From a virus, in IMG/VR virus record IMGVR_UViG_3300045988_083449, positions 481 through 64,480 of that record: a stretch of 64,000 nucleotides of DNA. One strand, written 5' to 3'. A program made the translations under genes and the position numbers. Positions 43,240 to 52,837 of the stretch are shown here, piece by piece. Each line of letters starts with the position of its first letter. The first letter of the stretch is position 1. The notes below the pieces were generated by a model. That model made no database searches. It had not been told where the DNA came from and saw only the letters and a program-made list of their open reading frames with translations.

Positions 43240-44114
43240 TGGCCCAACATCTCCCTGAAAGCGGAACGATTGGATTGGGAATGGCTCGTAGCCAATGGAA
43301 CGATAACGGGCCGAATCCTGTTACTTCCATCAGTCTTGGTGGCAGCCAATGCCGCTCCTTTGCGCAGAAGCCTAACGGTGCCGTAAAGATGTCTGACCTG
43401 TACGCAAAGTACCGAGGCTATAAGATGCAGTTCTTTAGTTATCCTGTCACTTGCAAGATTGATGTGGATAATACTTACGATGGCGATGGGCAGATTGACG
43501 TACCAGCTCACACTATTGGCGGTAACTTTATTGGTGTCGGAGCCTTTAGGCGACAAGTGGTTAATTGTCTCTTTCCGTTTCACGACATCCCAACATACAC
43601 GATCAACCTTGGGAACATCACGCCGCAAAAGTTCGGCACAGTCTCGTTAATGTTTATCGGCTACACGAGAACTTGTTCTAATTGGTACAACCGGACTTGG
43701 GATTCAATGGGGATTTCAGTTCAGATTGACGGCCTACCGAATCCTGTTATTGAGAACGGAAACTTCGGAGCTGTTACTGATAACCGATACCCATTAAACC
43801 TCTCTATGACTTATCGTCGTAACAGCAGCTCCCTCAAGTCGATAACCTTTAGAAAGGTCTGTCACCAGCCGAGTAATGGCGGTAACTACATGGTGAGCGA
43901 ACCGTGGTTATTTGGCCGTCAATACACTGGTCAGTATTCGGGTGCTAAGGCCGTGTGGACAATGAGAGAATTAGGAAACCTAGGTCTGACTTGTAATCAA
44001 GCAGGACAACCTGGCGGAAACAAGATGTGGCTTGTCTCCTACTATTACGGCGGCAGAGAACCATTCAACGTAGGAGACCAAGTGGAGATCGTGGATATTA
44101 GTTATTGGTGGTGA
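43239..44114 (+). CDS. hypothetical virion-module protein
   Basis: 291 aa; its start overlaps the stop of the mini-protein (TAATG). Confidence 0.45.
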   Translation: MAQHLPESGTIGLGMARSQWNDNGPNPVTSISLGGSQCRSFAQKPNGAVKMSDLYAKYRGYKMQFFSYPVTCKIDVDNTYDGDGQIDVPAHTIGGNFIGVGAFRRQVVNCLFPFHDIPTYTINLGNITPQKFGTVSLMFIGYTRTCSNWYNRTWDSMGISVQIDGLPNPVIENGNFGAVTDNRYPLNLSMTYRRNSSSLKSITFRKVCHQPSNGGNYMVSEPWLFGRQYTGQYSGAKAVWTMRELGNLGLTCNQAGQPGGNKMWLVSYYYGGREPFNVGDQVEIVDISYWW

Positions 44115-44524
44115 TACGCTTCTCCTAAGCGTTTACAAACCAATTTAGCAATCTTTTCCTGATAAGAATTTGGAATAATTTTTTCATAATCGCTTGTTGG
44201 GCTGTATTTGTTTTTTTTGTTGTCGAAGGTGGTTACTTGCCGAACTAATAACCACCAAGTTCCGCTCCTACAATTTATGAAATAAACTTCTCTCTCTAAC
44301 CAAATCGCTTCGTTATTTGTCTCTTCGGTGTAATTGTGTTCTACGAGAAGGGCAGCTTGAACAATTCCGCTCTTGTCCGTGCTGAGTTTAGAAAATTTTG
44401 TGTCTAAATAAACAGTAAAAGGTTTCACCTTATCAATAATTTCTAAACTCGGATCGTCGTTCGGACTAAATGAAAAGGCATGATTTGTAAGGATGAGCAA
44501 AGCTAAGAATAAAATTTTCTTCAT
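44102..44524 (-). CDS. secreted two-Cys moron protein, paralog C
   Basis: ATG at 44524 follows GGAGAAGG. Signal peptide MKKILFLALLILTNHAFS, then ...VYFINCRSG...IIPNSYQEKIAKLVCKRL. Confidence 0.55.
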   Translation of the reverse strand: MKKILFLALLILTNHAFSFSPNDDPSLEIIDKVKPFTVYLDTKFSKLSTDKSGIVQAALLVEHNYTEETNNEAIWLEREVYFINCRSGTWWLLVRQVTTFDNKKNKYSPTSDYEKIIPNSYQEKIAKLVCKRLGEAYHHQ

Positions 44525-44597
44525 TGTCCTTCTCCTACAGTTTCCCATAGTCTAAAAGCCTAAAACCATAACCTCAAGCGGAACTATTTGAGGTTAT

Positions 44598-46109
44598 ATG
44601 ATTCGTTCCGTTCCATCTTCTAAAACATCCAAGCTCATGTACGGGGGCTTTACTGGCTTAGATACAAGCCGAAGTGAAGTCGTACATGAGGTCAATGAAC
44701 ATCAGCCTTTTGCTAATGTGAATAACGCATACATAGATTGGAGTGGCTACGTTTCTAACGAACGAGCGATTGAAAGAATCGGTAAGGAAGGACGGTACAT
44801 TTCCCATGTTCGCTTTGCGTACAACGGAGAGATTCTGTACGCCACAAGAGGAGAACAGAGCATAAGTATTTGGAACTCTCGTGAGCTAGAGAGCGGAAGG
44901 AATGAGTCCAAGATTGTTTTCCCTACGAACACGATCACCTCTACATTATCTAACGGCGAAGTCGTCTTTTGTGCAGGAGAGGCACCTTATCGTTATGTTG
45001 CTCAAGAATGGAAAAGGATTGACTCCCCTGACGCATACGGTGCGACCTTATGTGCGTCCGTGTCAGGACGCTTGGCTTTAGCCGGATTTAAAAATGCTCC
45101 CACGGTTGTTCGTTTCTCTCGTGTGGACGACAACGAAATCTTTGAATGCGACGAAGATGTTGCAGATATTCAGGTAACAAAGGCTGGAGGCATCAACCTT
45201 AAGACTGTGCTCAATAGAGCAGAAACGATTACAGCTTTGTTCCCCTTCGGTGCGAATCAGCTTCTTATCTTTACGAATGCTCGTTGTCTCATCTATGAGA
45301 TCAATGCGGATTTGACCACATGGAAGCAGGTTTCGGACGTTCATATCTATGTCGGCTGTGTGTCTCAGAACTCTATCTGCGGTTGGGCAAACGAGGTTAT
45401 CTTCTGTAGCCGTTACGGTATTTACACGCTTAAGCGTTCTGTGGCAAACGGTACGGCTCTTGTGGTCTTGCCTTATTCGCATAAGGTACAAAGCGTTTAT
45501 CAAGAACTGCTTTCTCGGTTGGAAGACCCGAGACTAATCAACGCAGTCTTTGATTCAGATTGTGGTCGTTATCACATATTTTTCCCGTTAAGTCCACGAG
45601 GAGCTTCACGGCTTTCCTGCTCAGTCTCTCCAGTTGCTCAAGAAGAGGGAAGCTCGGGTTCTCCATCGTGGTCTTTTTCCGAATACGGCAATCTAACGTG
45701 CGGAGACTTTCTAGATGGAAAGTTACTTATGGGCAGTTGCGGTGGTATTTGGAGAATGAAATCCGAGTACGAGGAAGGAGGAGATATCGGAGAGGCAGTC
45801 TTCTCAACTCCTTTGCTTTGGATGAACGAACGTTTTATGCCTAAGCGTGGTCATCAGATCGGAATCATTGCCGACGGGGCTGGTCAGATAGAAGTTGAGA
45901 TTGAAAACGAAGAAGGACAGATATTGGATGTCCTTCGTTGGGACTTGCCCTATGAAGATCAATCGGTATTTCACGGAACTCGAAAGGGCAGACAGTTCAC
46001 TCGAATTTTTCCCCATTTATTTACAGGCGTAAAGCTCACCTTCCATATACGGAACGTGACCAAGAGCTTACGTATTTACGGATTCACTATCGAAATTAAG
46101 GAGCAATAA
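44598..46109 (+). CDS. virion structural protein (possible tail tubular or nozzle component)
   Basis: 503 aa. Assigned by position in the late operon only. Confidence 0.35.
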   Translation: MIRSVPSSKTSKLMYGGFTGLDTSRSEVVHEVNEHQPFANVNNAYIDWSGYVSNERAIERIGKEGRYISHVRFAYNGEILYATRGEQSISIWNSRELESGRNESKIVFPTNTITSTLSNGEVVFCAGEAPYRYVAQEWKRIDSPDAYGATLCASVSGRLALAGFKNAPTVVRFSRVDDNEIFECDEDVADIQVTKAGGINLKTVLNRAETITALFPFGANQLLIFTNARCLIYEINADLTTWKQVSDVHIYVGCVSQNSICGWANEVIFCSRYGIYTLKRSVANGTALVVLPYSHKVQSVYQELLSRLEDPRLINAVFDSDCGRYHIFFPLSPRGASRLSCSVSPVAQEEGSSGSPSWSFSEYGNLTCGDFLDGKLLMGSCGGIWRMKSEYEEGGDIGEAVFSTPLLWMNERFMPKRGHQIGIIADGAGQIEVEIENEEGQILDVLRWDLPYEDQSVFHGTRKGRQFTRIFPHLFTGVKLTFHIRNVTKSLRIYGFTIEIKEQ

Positions 46110-46112
46110 TCA

Positions 46113-47654
46113 ATGGCACGTATTCGCCAACTTTACCCGTCTCGGTACTCTTCTACAGAGGCTACTTCAGCAGAGTTTGAAAACATCATCCGCTATCTCA
46201 GAAGCGGTGAAATTGGAAATAGAACTTTATCTGAATTGCTACGCCAAATCTTTAACTCCGAAGGTAACTTAGATGTTGGCTTGGAAATTCGCTTTGATTC
46301 TAAGTACGGGCTCGAATATCGAATCGGTGGAGACGATCAGGAGTGGTTGCAGATCATTGAACCTGAAGCGTTGCGTGGAGAACCTGGTGAGTATGTCGGT
46401 GAGATTGGCGATGCCCTGATGTTCAACCGAGCTGACTATGATGGTGACGGCACAACTACGGTCTTCAACTACGCTTTCTCTGAATCAGAGGCCGAAACCA
46501 TTCTATTTAGAAACGGTCTGCTTCAATCTCCTAACGCCTACACGTTAGATCAAATCAACGGGACAATCACAATCTTTCCGGCTATTGGTGCTAACGAAAC
46601 TCTAACGGTGTTTCAGACCAGAAAGAGTGAGCTTAACGGATTCTCTCGGACAGAGATTGTTGCTACTCAGAATCAGTACATCATTCCGTTTAAGTTCAAC
46701 AACGAAGATCAAATCTTTGTTTATCGCAACGGCATTCTTTATAAGGAAGGTGAGAACGACGACTACATCCTAAACGCTGGAACATCCACGATTACGTTCT
46801 TAGCTCCTATGGCCTCAGGCGATGTTGTCACAATCCTTCGTATGCAGGGAGGCGGTCTGAGAGCTGTTGGGGGACTGCTGATGCAAGATCAGTATTGCTA
46901 CAACGGAAAGATTCTTTACGACAAGATTCTGATTGACGATGGCGATATCTCTCCTGAAAAGGTTGAAGGCTTGTTAGGACTAATGGAAAAGTCCAAGCGG
47001 GTATTCGTTCAAGATACCGAGCCTATCGACACCGACGAAGTAGAAATTGAAAGCGGAGACTTGTGGATTAAGACAGGTCTGCCTATATCCGTCTTGTATT
47101 TCTATGACGGACTTCGTTGGGTTTCTACTGCGCCTGACGGTTCCGTTCCAGCAATCAACAAAGGAGACGAGCTTCGCTATCTCCGTGTGAACTCTGCGGG
47201 TTCTGCTCTTGAATTTGCTGCTATTGATCTGTCTACCTGCGTAAAGAAAGATGAAGTTGGCAACCCTAACGGTGTCGCACCTTTGGACGAGAACGGACAG
47301 ATTGCGGACGAGCTGATCAAACAGCATTACTCCTATGCTCCGATTCAATATCGCACGGATGGAACCATTGCTAAGGACGCAGTTCTTACGCTCGGGTATA
47401 TCGCAAACGTTCAGTCTTACCTAGACAAGATGACACTTTCCTTAGATGTGGGTACAGCAACCGTTCAGCTCTATGTCGGAGATATGGCGGTAGGTGCTAC
47501 GACAGATCTTACGACAGCAGACGTTACTCAGACTTGGGTTGCTAAGAAGTTTGACGGACGAACTATTCCTAAGAAGATCACGTTAGAGATCACAGCCGCA
47601 TCTGATGACGCTAAAGGTCTTACTGTTAATCTGCGGCAGAGAATCGTAGGGTAA
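46113..47654 (+). CDS. virion structural protein
   Basis: 513 aa. Assigned by position only. Confidence 0.35.
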   Translation: MARIRQLYPSRYSSTEATSAEFENIIRYLRSGEIGNRTLSELLRQIFNSEGNLDVGLEIRFDSKYGLEYRIGGDDQEWLQIIEPEALRGEPGEYVGEIGDALMFNRADYDGDGTTTVFNYAFSESEAETILFRNGLLQSPNAYTLDQINGTITIFPAIGANETLTVFQTRKSELNGFSRTEIVATQNQYIIPFKFNNEDQIFVYRNGILYKEGENDDYILNAGTSTITFLAPMASGDVVTILRMQGGGLRAVGGLLMQDQYCYNGKILYDKILIDDGDISPEKVEGLLGLMEKSKRVFVQDTEPIDTDEVEIESGDLWIKTGLPISVLYFYDGLRWVSTAPDGSVPAINKGDELRYLRVNSAGSALEFAAIDLSTCVKKDEVGNPNGVAPLDENGQIADELIKQHYSYAPIQYRTDGTIAKDAVLTLGYIANVQSYLDKMTLSLDVGTATVQLYVGDMAVGATTDLTTADVTQTWVAKKFDGRTIPKKITLEITAASDDAKGLTVNLRQRIVG

Positions 47655-50200
47655 TGGCAACCAACAACGACTCCAACTGGGTAACAATCAATGGTGGTAA
47701 GTTTCCTGCCACCATTGGCGAGGAGTTTATTAACACTTGGGGCAAGTGGGAAACTGAAGGTTACAACGGCTTCAAGTTCAATGATTCACAGGCTACTTGG
47801 CAGGACTCCCAGTACAACGGTTCCTTTAGAGATTATGTCGGCATCAATAGTGACAAAAATATGCTCTATTGGATGAAGGGCAACTATGGCGACAAAAAGA
47901 AAGACTTTGACTTCAACGCTTGGGCTGATGCTCACCCTGATGAATATAAGGACTACAGAGACGAGAACGGAACTTGGTATCTAACCCCGGAAGGTAAGAC
48001 TGACCTTGAAGGAAGGGCTTACACACAGTGGTTAAAAGAGCAGAAGTATGACGTTAACAACACCAACCCAGTTGTCCAAATTAAGACTGGAAAGAAAGAA
48101 GGGACACAAGTTACATATAAATGGGACGAGTCTCTAAATGCTTACGTTCCTCACGAAGGTAAGGTTGTCTATTGGGATACTAGCAGTGGTCTTGGTCACG
48201 CTCTAAAGTCTTTTGGCTCTGCCATTGCAACGGGTATTGCCTCCTACTTTGGAGGCCCTTGGGCTGGAGCAGCAGTAGGTGCTGCTTCAGGACTAATCAC
48301 TTCTGAGGGTGATAACAAACTCCTTGACGCTGGTATGGGAGCTCTCGGTGGTTACATGGGTGGAGCAAACATGGCAGGAAATATCGGCGCCACAATTGGT
48401 GGCTCTGCCATTAAAGGAATAACTAAGAACGCTCTTCCCGATCTTGTTTTGAACATGGTTCAGACCGAGAGCGATCCAGGGAACCTTGCAGGAATCGTTA
48501 ATCAATGGAAGGTTGAGAACGGTAAAACAGCAGGTACAAGACCATTGACTGATGCTGAAACTGCGTTAATCAATCAATACGTTAATAACGCGAAGACTCT
48601 CTATCCATCGTTGTCGGAAGATCAAACAAAGAAGTTGGCTGATTACGCTGAGACTCTGACCCGAATGGGTTTATTCACAGAAGACACCGTTACCCAAAAG
48701 AATGATCAATGGCAACAGCTAAAGGAAGCTCTTGAGAAGTATCAGACCAACACTTCTCTCGGCAACGGAGGAAGCACAAACCTTGGAAACTCAATATCCA
48801 AAGATGTTCAGGACAAACAAGAAACAGCAGAAAAGACACTGCTCGGAGTGCTTGGCGGTACAGCTCTCTTAGGCGGATTAGGAAATATAGGACAGACAAG
48901 TATGGCAGATACAAACAACTTACTAAGCTCTCTCGCAGGGCTAGGAGCAGATGGCTTTAGAGTTTATCGAGGATACAGAGACTCGGGTAAATTCAACGAT
49001 TTATTTAACCAGTGGAGTGGTACGGCTGGTTCTCTTGTTAATAACGGACAGAACTTAGCCAACTCTCTTCAGAATCTTTACGACAAGACGGCCGATGGGA
49101 ATGACAAACTCTACGAGGCTCTTAAGGAAAAGATTAAAGTTCCGACTCGGAACGGAGATGAATGGCAGTCAACACCGTACTATCAAACTGCAACCCAAGG
49201 TTCTGAGAATGTCAACAACGCATTCGCAAAAGCATTGAATGCGGCAGATCAAATCAGCGGAGTGTACAACGACCTCGGTAAAGCTAAGTTCTACAACGAA
49301 GATGACGTGTACGGAATGTATCGCAAGTTTGCGAACGCTCGTACACAGTTGGCTGATAGAGCTGCGGCCTTGACAGACTCAAGAACGTATGCGGCTAACC
49401 GTGCAAATGGTGTCGGAACATCTACGGTACAGCAGGAAGCTCAGGCAGAGAATGCCCGTAAGTACATGGCAGACCTTGCCAATATTGATAGCCAGGCTTA
49501 CAGTGATGCTCTCAGCTACGTCTCCAACCTTTCTAAGTTGCAGACAGACCAGCGTAATGCGGCTATTGCTGAAGCGGTCAATGCGTTATCTCCGACAATC
49601 TCAACATCTACAAACGATGCGACAAACCAACTCCGTAACTCTCAGAATGAAATCGGAGCTTTGTGGTACGGGGATAAGGCGGCTGATCTTGAACGTGGTT
49701 GGTTGGCTAATACCTACGGCATTGGTTTGCAGAATCAAGGCAATATTCTTAACGCTCTAGTTGGTTTAAATTCCAACAACGTAAACGCCGCTACTAATCT
49801 CGCTAGTGGATTCGCAGGAGCATACGGACAGGCAATCAATGGATTAGGTCAAGCCTTAAATAAGACAACAGCAGACTTGTCTTCAGGTACAGGAGGCGGT
49901 TTACTTCAGGCGCTAGGACTTGCAGGTAAAGCATCAGGTCTTTCCGGACTTTTCGATGGAATCAACTACGCAGGAGCTAATGCTGCGGCTGATTCTTGGA
50001 ATGCATTGGTTGAAAGAACTGCATCACAAACGGGAACATCCTTAGAAGAAGCGGCGAAATGGTTGATGAATGCTGGTGGTGACCCAATTGAAGAAATCAT
50101 TAACGCCTCTGAGAGCGGAGGTTTTTGGTCGGGAATCGGCGACTCCATTTCTAGCGGTTGGGATTCACTAACCAATTGGTTTAGCGGACTGTGGTCGTAG
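47654..50200 (+). CDS. internal virion / ejection-type protein with glycine-zipper segments
   Basis: 848 aa with GGPWAGAAVGAASGL...GMGALGGYMGGANMAGNIGATIGGSAIKG. It lies upstream of the transglycosylase protein. Confidence 0.45.
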   Translation: MATNNDSNWVTINGGKFPATIGEEFINTWGKWETEGYNGFKFNDSQATWQDSQYNGSFRDYVGINSDKNMLYWMKGNYGDKKKDFDFNAWADAHPDEYKDYRDENGTWYLTPEGKTDLEGRAYTQWLKEQKYDVNNTNPVVQIKTGKKEGTQVTYKWDESLNAYVPHEGKVVYWDTSSGLGHALKSFGSAIATGIASYFGGPWAGAAVGAASGLITSEGDNKLLDAGMGALGGYMGGANMAGNIGATIGGSAIKGITKNALPDLVLNMVQTESDPGNLAGIVNQWKVENGKTAGTRPLTDAETALINQYVNNAKTLYPSLSEDQTKKLADYAETLTRMGLFTEDTVTQKNDQWQQLKEALEKYQTNTSLGNGGSTNLGNSISKDVQDKQETAEKTLLGVLGGTALLGGLGNIGQTSMADTNNLLSSLAGLGADGFRVYRGYRDSGKFNDLFNQWSGTAGSLVNNGQNLANSLQNLYDKTADGNDKLYEALKEKIKVPTRNGDEWQSTPYYQTATQGSENVNNAFAKALNAADQISGVYNDLGKAKFYNEDDVYGMYRKFANARTQLADRAAALTDSRTYAANRANGVGTSTVQQEAQAENARKYMADLANIDSQAYSDALSYVSNLSKLQTDQRNAAIAEAVNALSPTISTSTNDATNQLRNSQNEIGALWYGDKAADLERGWLANTYGIGLQNQGNILNALVGLNSNNVNAATNLASGFAGAYGQAINGLGQALNKTTADLSSGTGGGLLQALGLAGKASGLSGLFDGINYAGANAAADSWNALVERTASQTGTSLEEAAKWLMNAGGDPIEEIINASESGGFWSGIGDSISSGWDSLTNWFSGLWS

Positions 50201-50208
50201 GAGTAGAC

Positions 50209-52761
50209 ATGGCAGACGTAGCACAAACTAAATATAAATTCTCTGACAGTTACAGCGGTGTTCCTACTGGAATATTCAATGGAGCCGCAGGAGGTTATCA
50301 CTTCGGAGGAGGTTGGGACGCTGAGACAGACCGCAGAGCATCCAAACGAGCCGAAGGTCTACAGTTATTCAAGGACTATGTACAGACCTTAACGGACAAC
50401 GGAATTGTTCCTAATCAAAACTCTCTCAACAATTTCCTTGGCCAAGCAAGTGGCTTTGGATTAGATGCTTCCTACGGGTTTGACCCGTATGCGGCACAGC
50501 AGATGATGGAGTCGGCGATTGCTCAAGGTGTAAACAAGAAGCGGGAAATCGCAGAGAAGAAACTTAAGACTGAAGCGGAAAACTCAGCGAACATTACAAC
50601 GCTCTTATCTACGGAAAGAGGTAATTACAAAACAATGGAGGAAACTCTTGAGAATGTTGCTCAGAGAAATCCTGACATTGATAAGACTCGTATTGCCAAC
50701 CTAGCTGCTACCGCAGAACAGAAATGGAACGATGATGTCTTTAAAGGTATCGACGTAACAACTAAGGGAGTTATTGACGAGGACTCGTTTGAAGGTTGGA
50801 AGCAAAGCAATCCCAACTCCACGGAACAACAGCAGAATTACTACAAACAAGCCGTTGCCAACAACAGAACAACTCTGATTGAAAACACAGCAAAGACCAT
50901 TGGTCTTGATGTCGGCAACCTAACGAAGTCAGACGAAGAGCTTACGAAGATGGCTATTGCTCGTTTGCCGGATAACGCTAAGAACGATCAGGGAATCGTG
51001 TCAGGTGTTGTAAAGGCTATTCGTGGTAACGCTCTAAACCAAAACGCTACCACAGGCAGAACCGTCGCTGAAAATGTTGCGAAGTCTATTCCTGAAGTTG
51101 CAACACAATCTTTCGAGCAAAGGGAAAAAGAAGAGGTTGCTAAACAGCAGACTCGTGCCAAGCTGGACGAAGCGGCAAGACAAGGCCCTCAGAATCGTTC
51201 TGCAATGAAGGCAAGGCTCCGAGAGAACTTGACTAAAGCAAAAGGGAATAAGGAAGCCAACAAACTTTCTGTCGCTCGTACAGAGGCGATGATTGACTAT
51301 ATGCTTTCTCCTAAAGCGGAAGAGTTAATCGGCAATGCTAAGACGGAGAGTGAACTAAAAGAAGCGTTGGCTGATGCTGTGAAAAAACACTTAGCCTTTC
51401 CGAGAGAAATTGAAGATCAAATTACTCTACAGGACAACGGTTTTACCAATCCTACAAGAATCTCTTCCTCTTACGGAACGAATCCCTCTCACGACTACAA
51501 CACGTTCGTCCGTAACGCTAACCCTATCGTGAATCCGTTGATCGAAGGAAACGTTGATGCCATTCAGAAGGCAAGAGTTTCAGGAATTGAGAAGGACTTA
51601 ACCTCTGCTAGAGACAGTATCGCCGCAGTTATTGGAGGAAGACTTCAGTCAGTTCGTGACGGATTAGCTTCTGCGGGTGTTCATGCTTATTCCGATGCTG
51701 AGTTGATGAAGCTGGAAAGTCAGTATGTCGGCGAAGCCTTGATGAATAAGGGGTTGACCAACGAAGATCGCAGATACATTTTCAACAAGGTGTATGCCTC
51801 TATCGGAAATCCGCCCTTTATCGAGAAGTCTGTAGATGTGGTTGAGAGAAACTTCGGACAGCTCAACAGCCTTATCAGAGCTAACGTTCCTCCGAGTTCT
51901 GTAAACACTATGTATCCCAATATTGGGGCTGACACCTCCAATAGAACTCAGCCTGTTCCGATGACACCTGAGCAGAGACAAAAGATCATCAATGAGTCTT
52001 GGGCTCATTGGCAAGGTATTCCTTCTCAAACTATGCCGACCCCTAAGCCTGTACGAGCGGAAGAATCTCTGATCGAAAAAATAATTCCGTCGGCTAATGC
52101 GGCTGAGTTTAGACCTGCAAGGGAAAACGTATGGATGGATTCCGAGACAGGAGAAGCAACAAACACTCCGTATGTTACGCAGTTGAAGCAATATCCTGAA
52201 TCGTTCTTCAATACCATGAGATACGATGACCCGAGGCTGAATAAAGCGGCTGTTCATTTGAACAACCAATACGGTCTGCCCACAGGGTTGCTCAACGCTA
52301 TCAAGAATGCAGGTGAACGTTCAAATAATAATCAACGCCCTGACTTTAAGAAGACTGGTTCGACTGCTCAAGGCGTGATGCAGATTACGAATACAACAAT
52401 GAAGGGAACAACTAAGTACGGAAGCCTAAAGCATAATCGCCTCAATGCTGTGGAGAATATGGAAGCCGCCGCTAAGTTGTTGTCCCATGAATATCAGAGA
52501 CTACAAAGAGCCATTCCTGCATGGAGTAATGCAAATCCGTTGTTGGCAACAATCATTCAATACAACGTTGGGTCAGAAGCGGCAAACAAGTACATTAAGT
52601 CCGGACGGATAGACAACATTGGTCTTCAGTCTCATCAGTTCGCATACCTCAGGCGAGTCCTTGAATACATGAGAGATCATCAGAAAGAAGAGGCTTTAGA
52701 GTATCGGAACGACATGGAGAACGGGACAAGCGGTGCGACCTGGGAGATCGCAATGAACTAG
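50209..52761 (+). CDS. internal virion protein with C-terminal lytic transglycosylase (SLT) domain
   Basis: ATG at 50209 follows AGGAG. NAGERSNN...GSTAQGVMQITNTT...IIQYNVG resembles the E...AxGlMQi...Y SLT signature (about 52260-52650). Confidence 0.6.
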   Translation: MADVAQTKYKFSDSYSGVPTGIFNGAAGGYHFGGGWDAETDRRASKRAEGLQLFKDYVQTLTDNGIVPNQNSLNNFLGQASGFGLDASYGFDPYAAQQMMESAIAQGVNKKREIAEKKLKTEAENSANITTLLSTERGNYKTMEETLENVAQRNPDIDKTRIANLAATAEQKWNDDVFKGIDVTTKGVIDEDSFEGWKQSNPNSTEQQQNYYKQAVANNRTTLIENTAKTIGLDVGNLTKSDEELTKMAIARLPDNAKNDQGIVSGVVKAIRGNALNQNATTGRTVAENVAKSIPEVATQSFEQREKEEVAKQQTRAKLDEAARQGPQNRSAMKARLRENLTKAKGNKEANKLSVARTEAMIDYMLSPKAEELIGNAKTESELKEALADAVKKHLAFPREIEDQITLQDNGFTNPTRISSSYGTNPSHDYNTFVRNANPIVNPLIEGNVDAIQKARVSGIEKDLTSARDSIAAVIGGRLQSVRDGLASAGVHAYSDAELMKLESQYVGEALMNKGLTNEDRRYIFNKVYASIGNPPFIEKSVDVVERNFGQLNSLIRANVPPSSVNTMYPNIGADTSNRTQPVPMTPEQRQKIINESWAHWQGIPSQTMPTPKPVRAEESLIEKIIPSANAAEFRPARENVWMDSETGEATNTPYVTQLKQYPESFFNTMRYDDPRLNKAAVHLNNQYGLPTGLLNAIKNAGERSNNNQRPDFKKTGSTAQGVMQITNTTMKGTTKYGSLKHNRLNAVENMEAAAKLLSHEYQRLQRAIPAWSNANPLLATIIQYNVGSEAANKYIKSGRIDNIGLQSHQFAYLRRVLEYMRDHQKEEALEYRNDMENGTSGATWEIAMN

Positions 52762-52837
52762 TTTTTCTAACAGTTTCCCGAAAGAAAAGCTCCGTTGACT
52801 AGATGATTGGCACACACATTTAGTCACGGAGTTTTTA

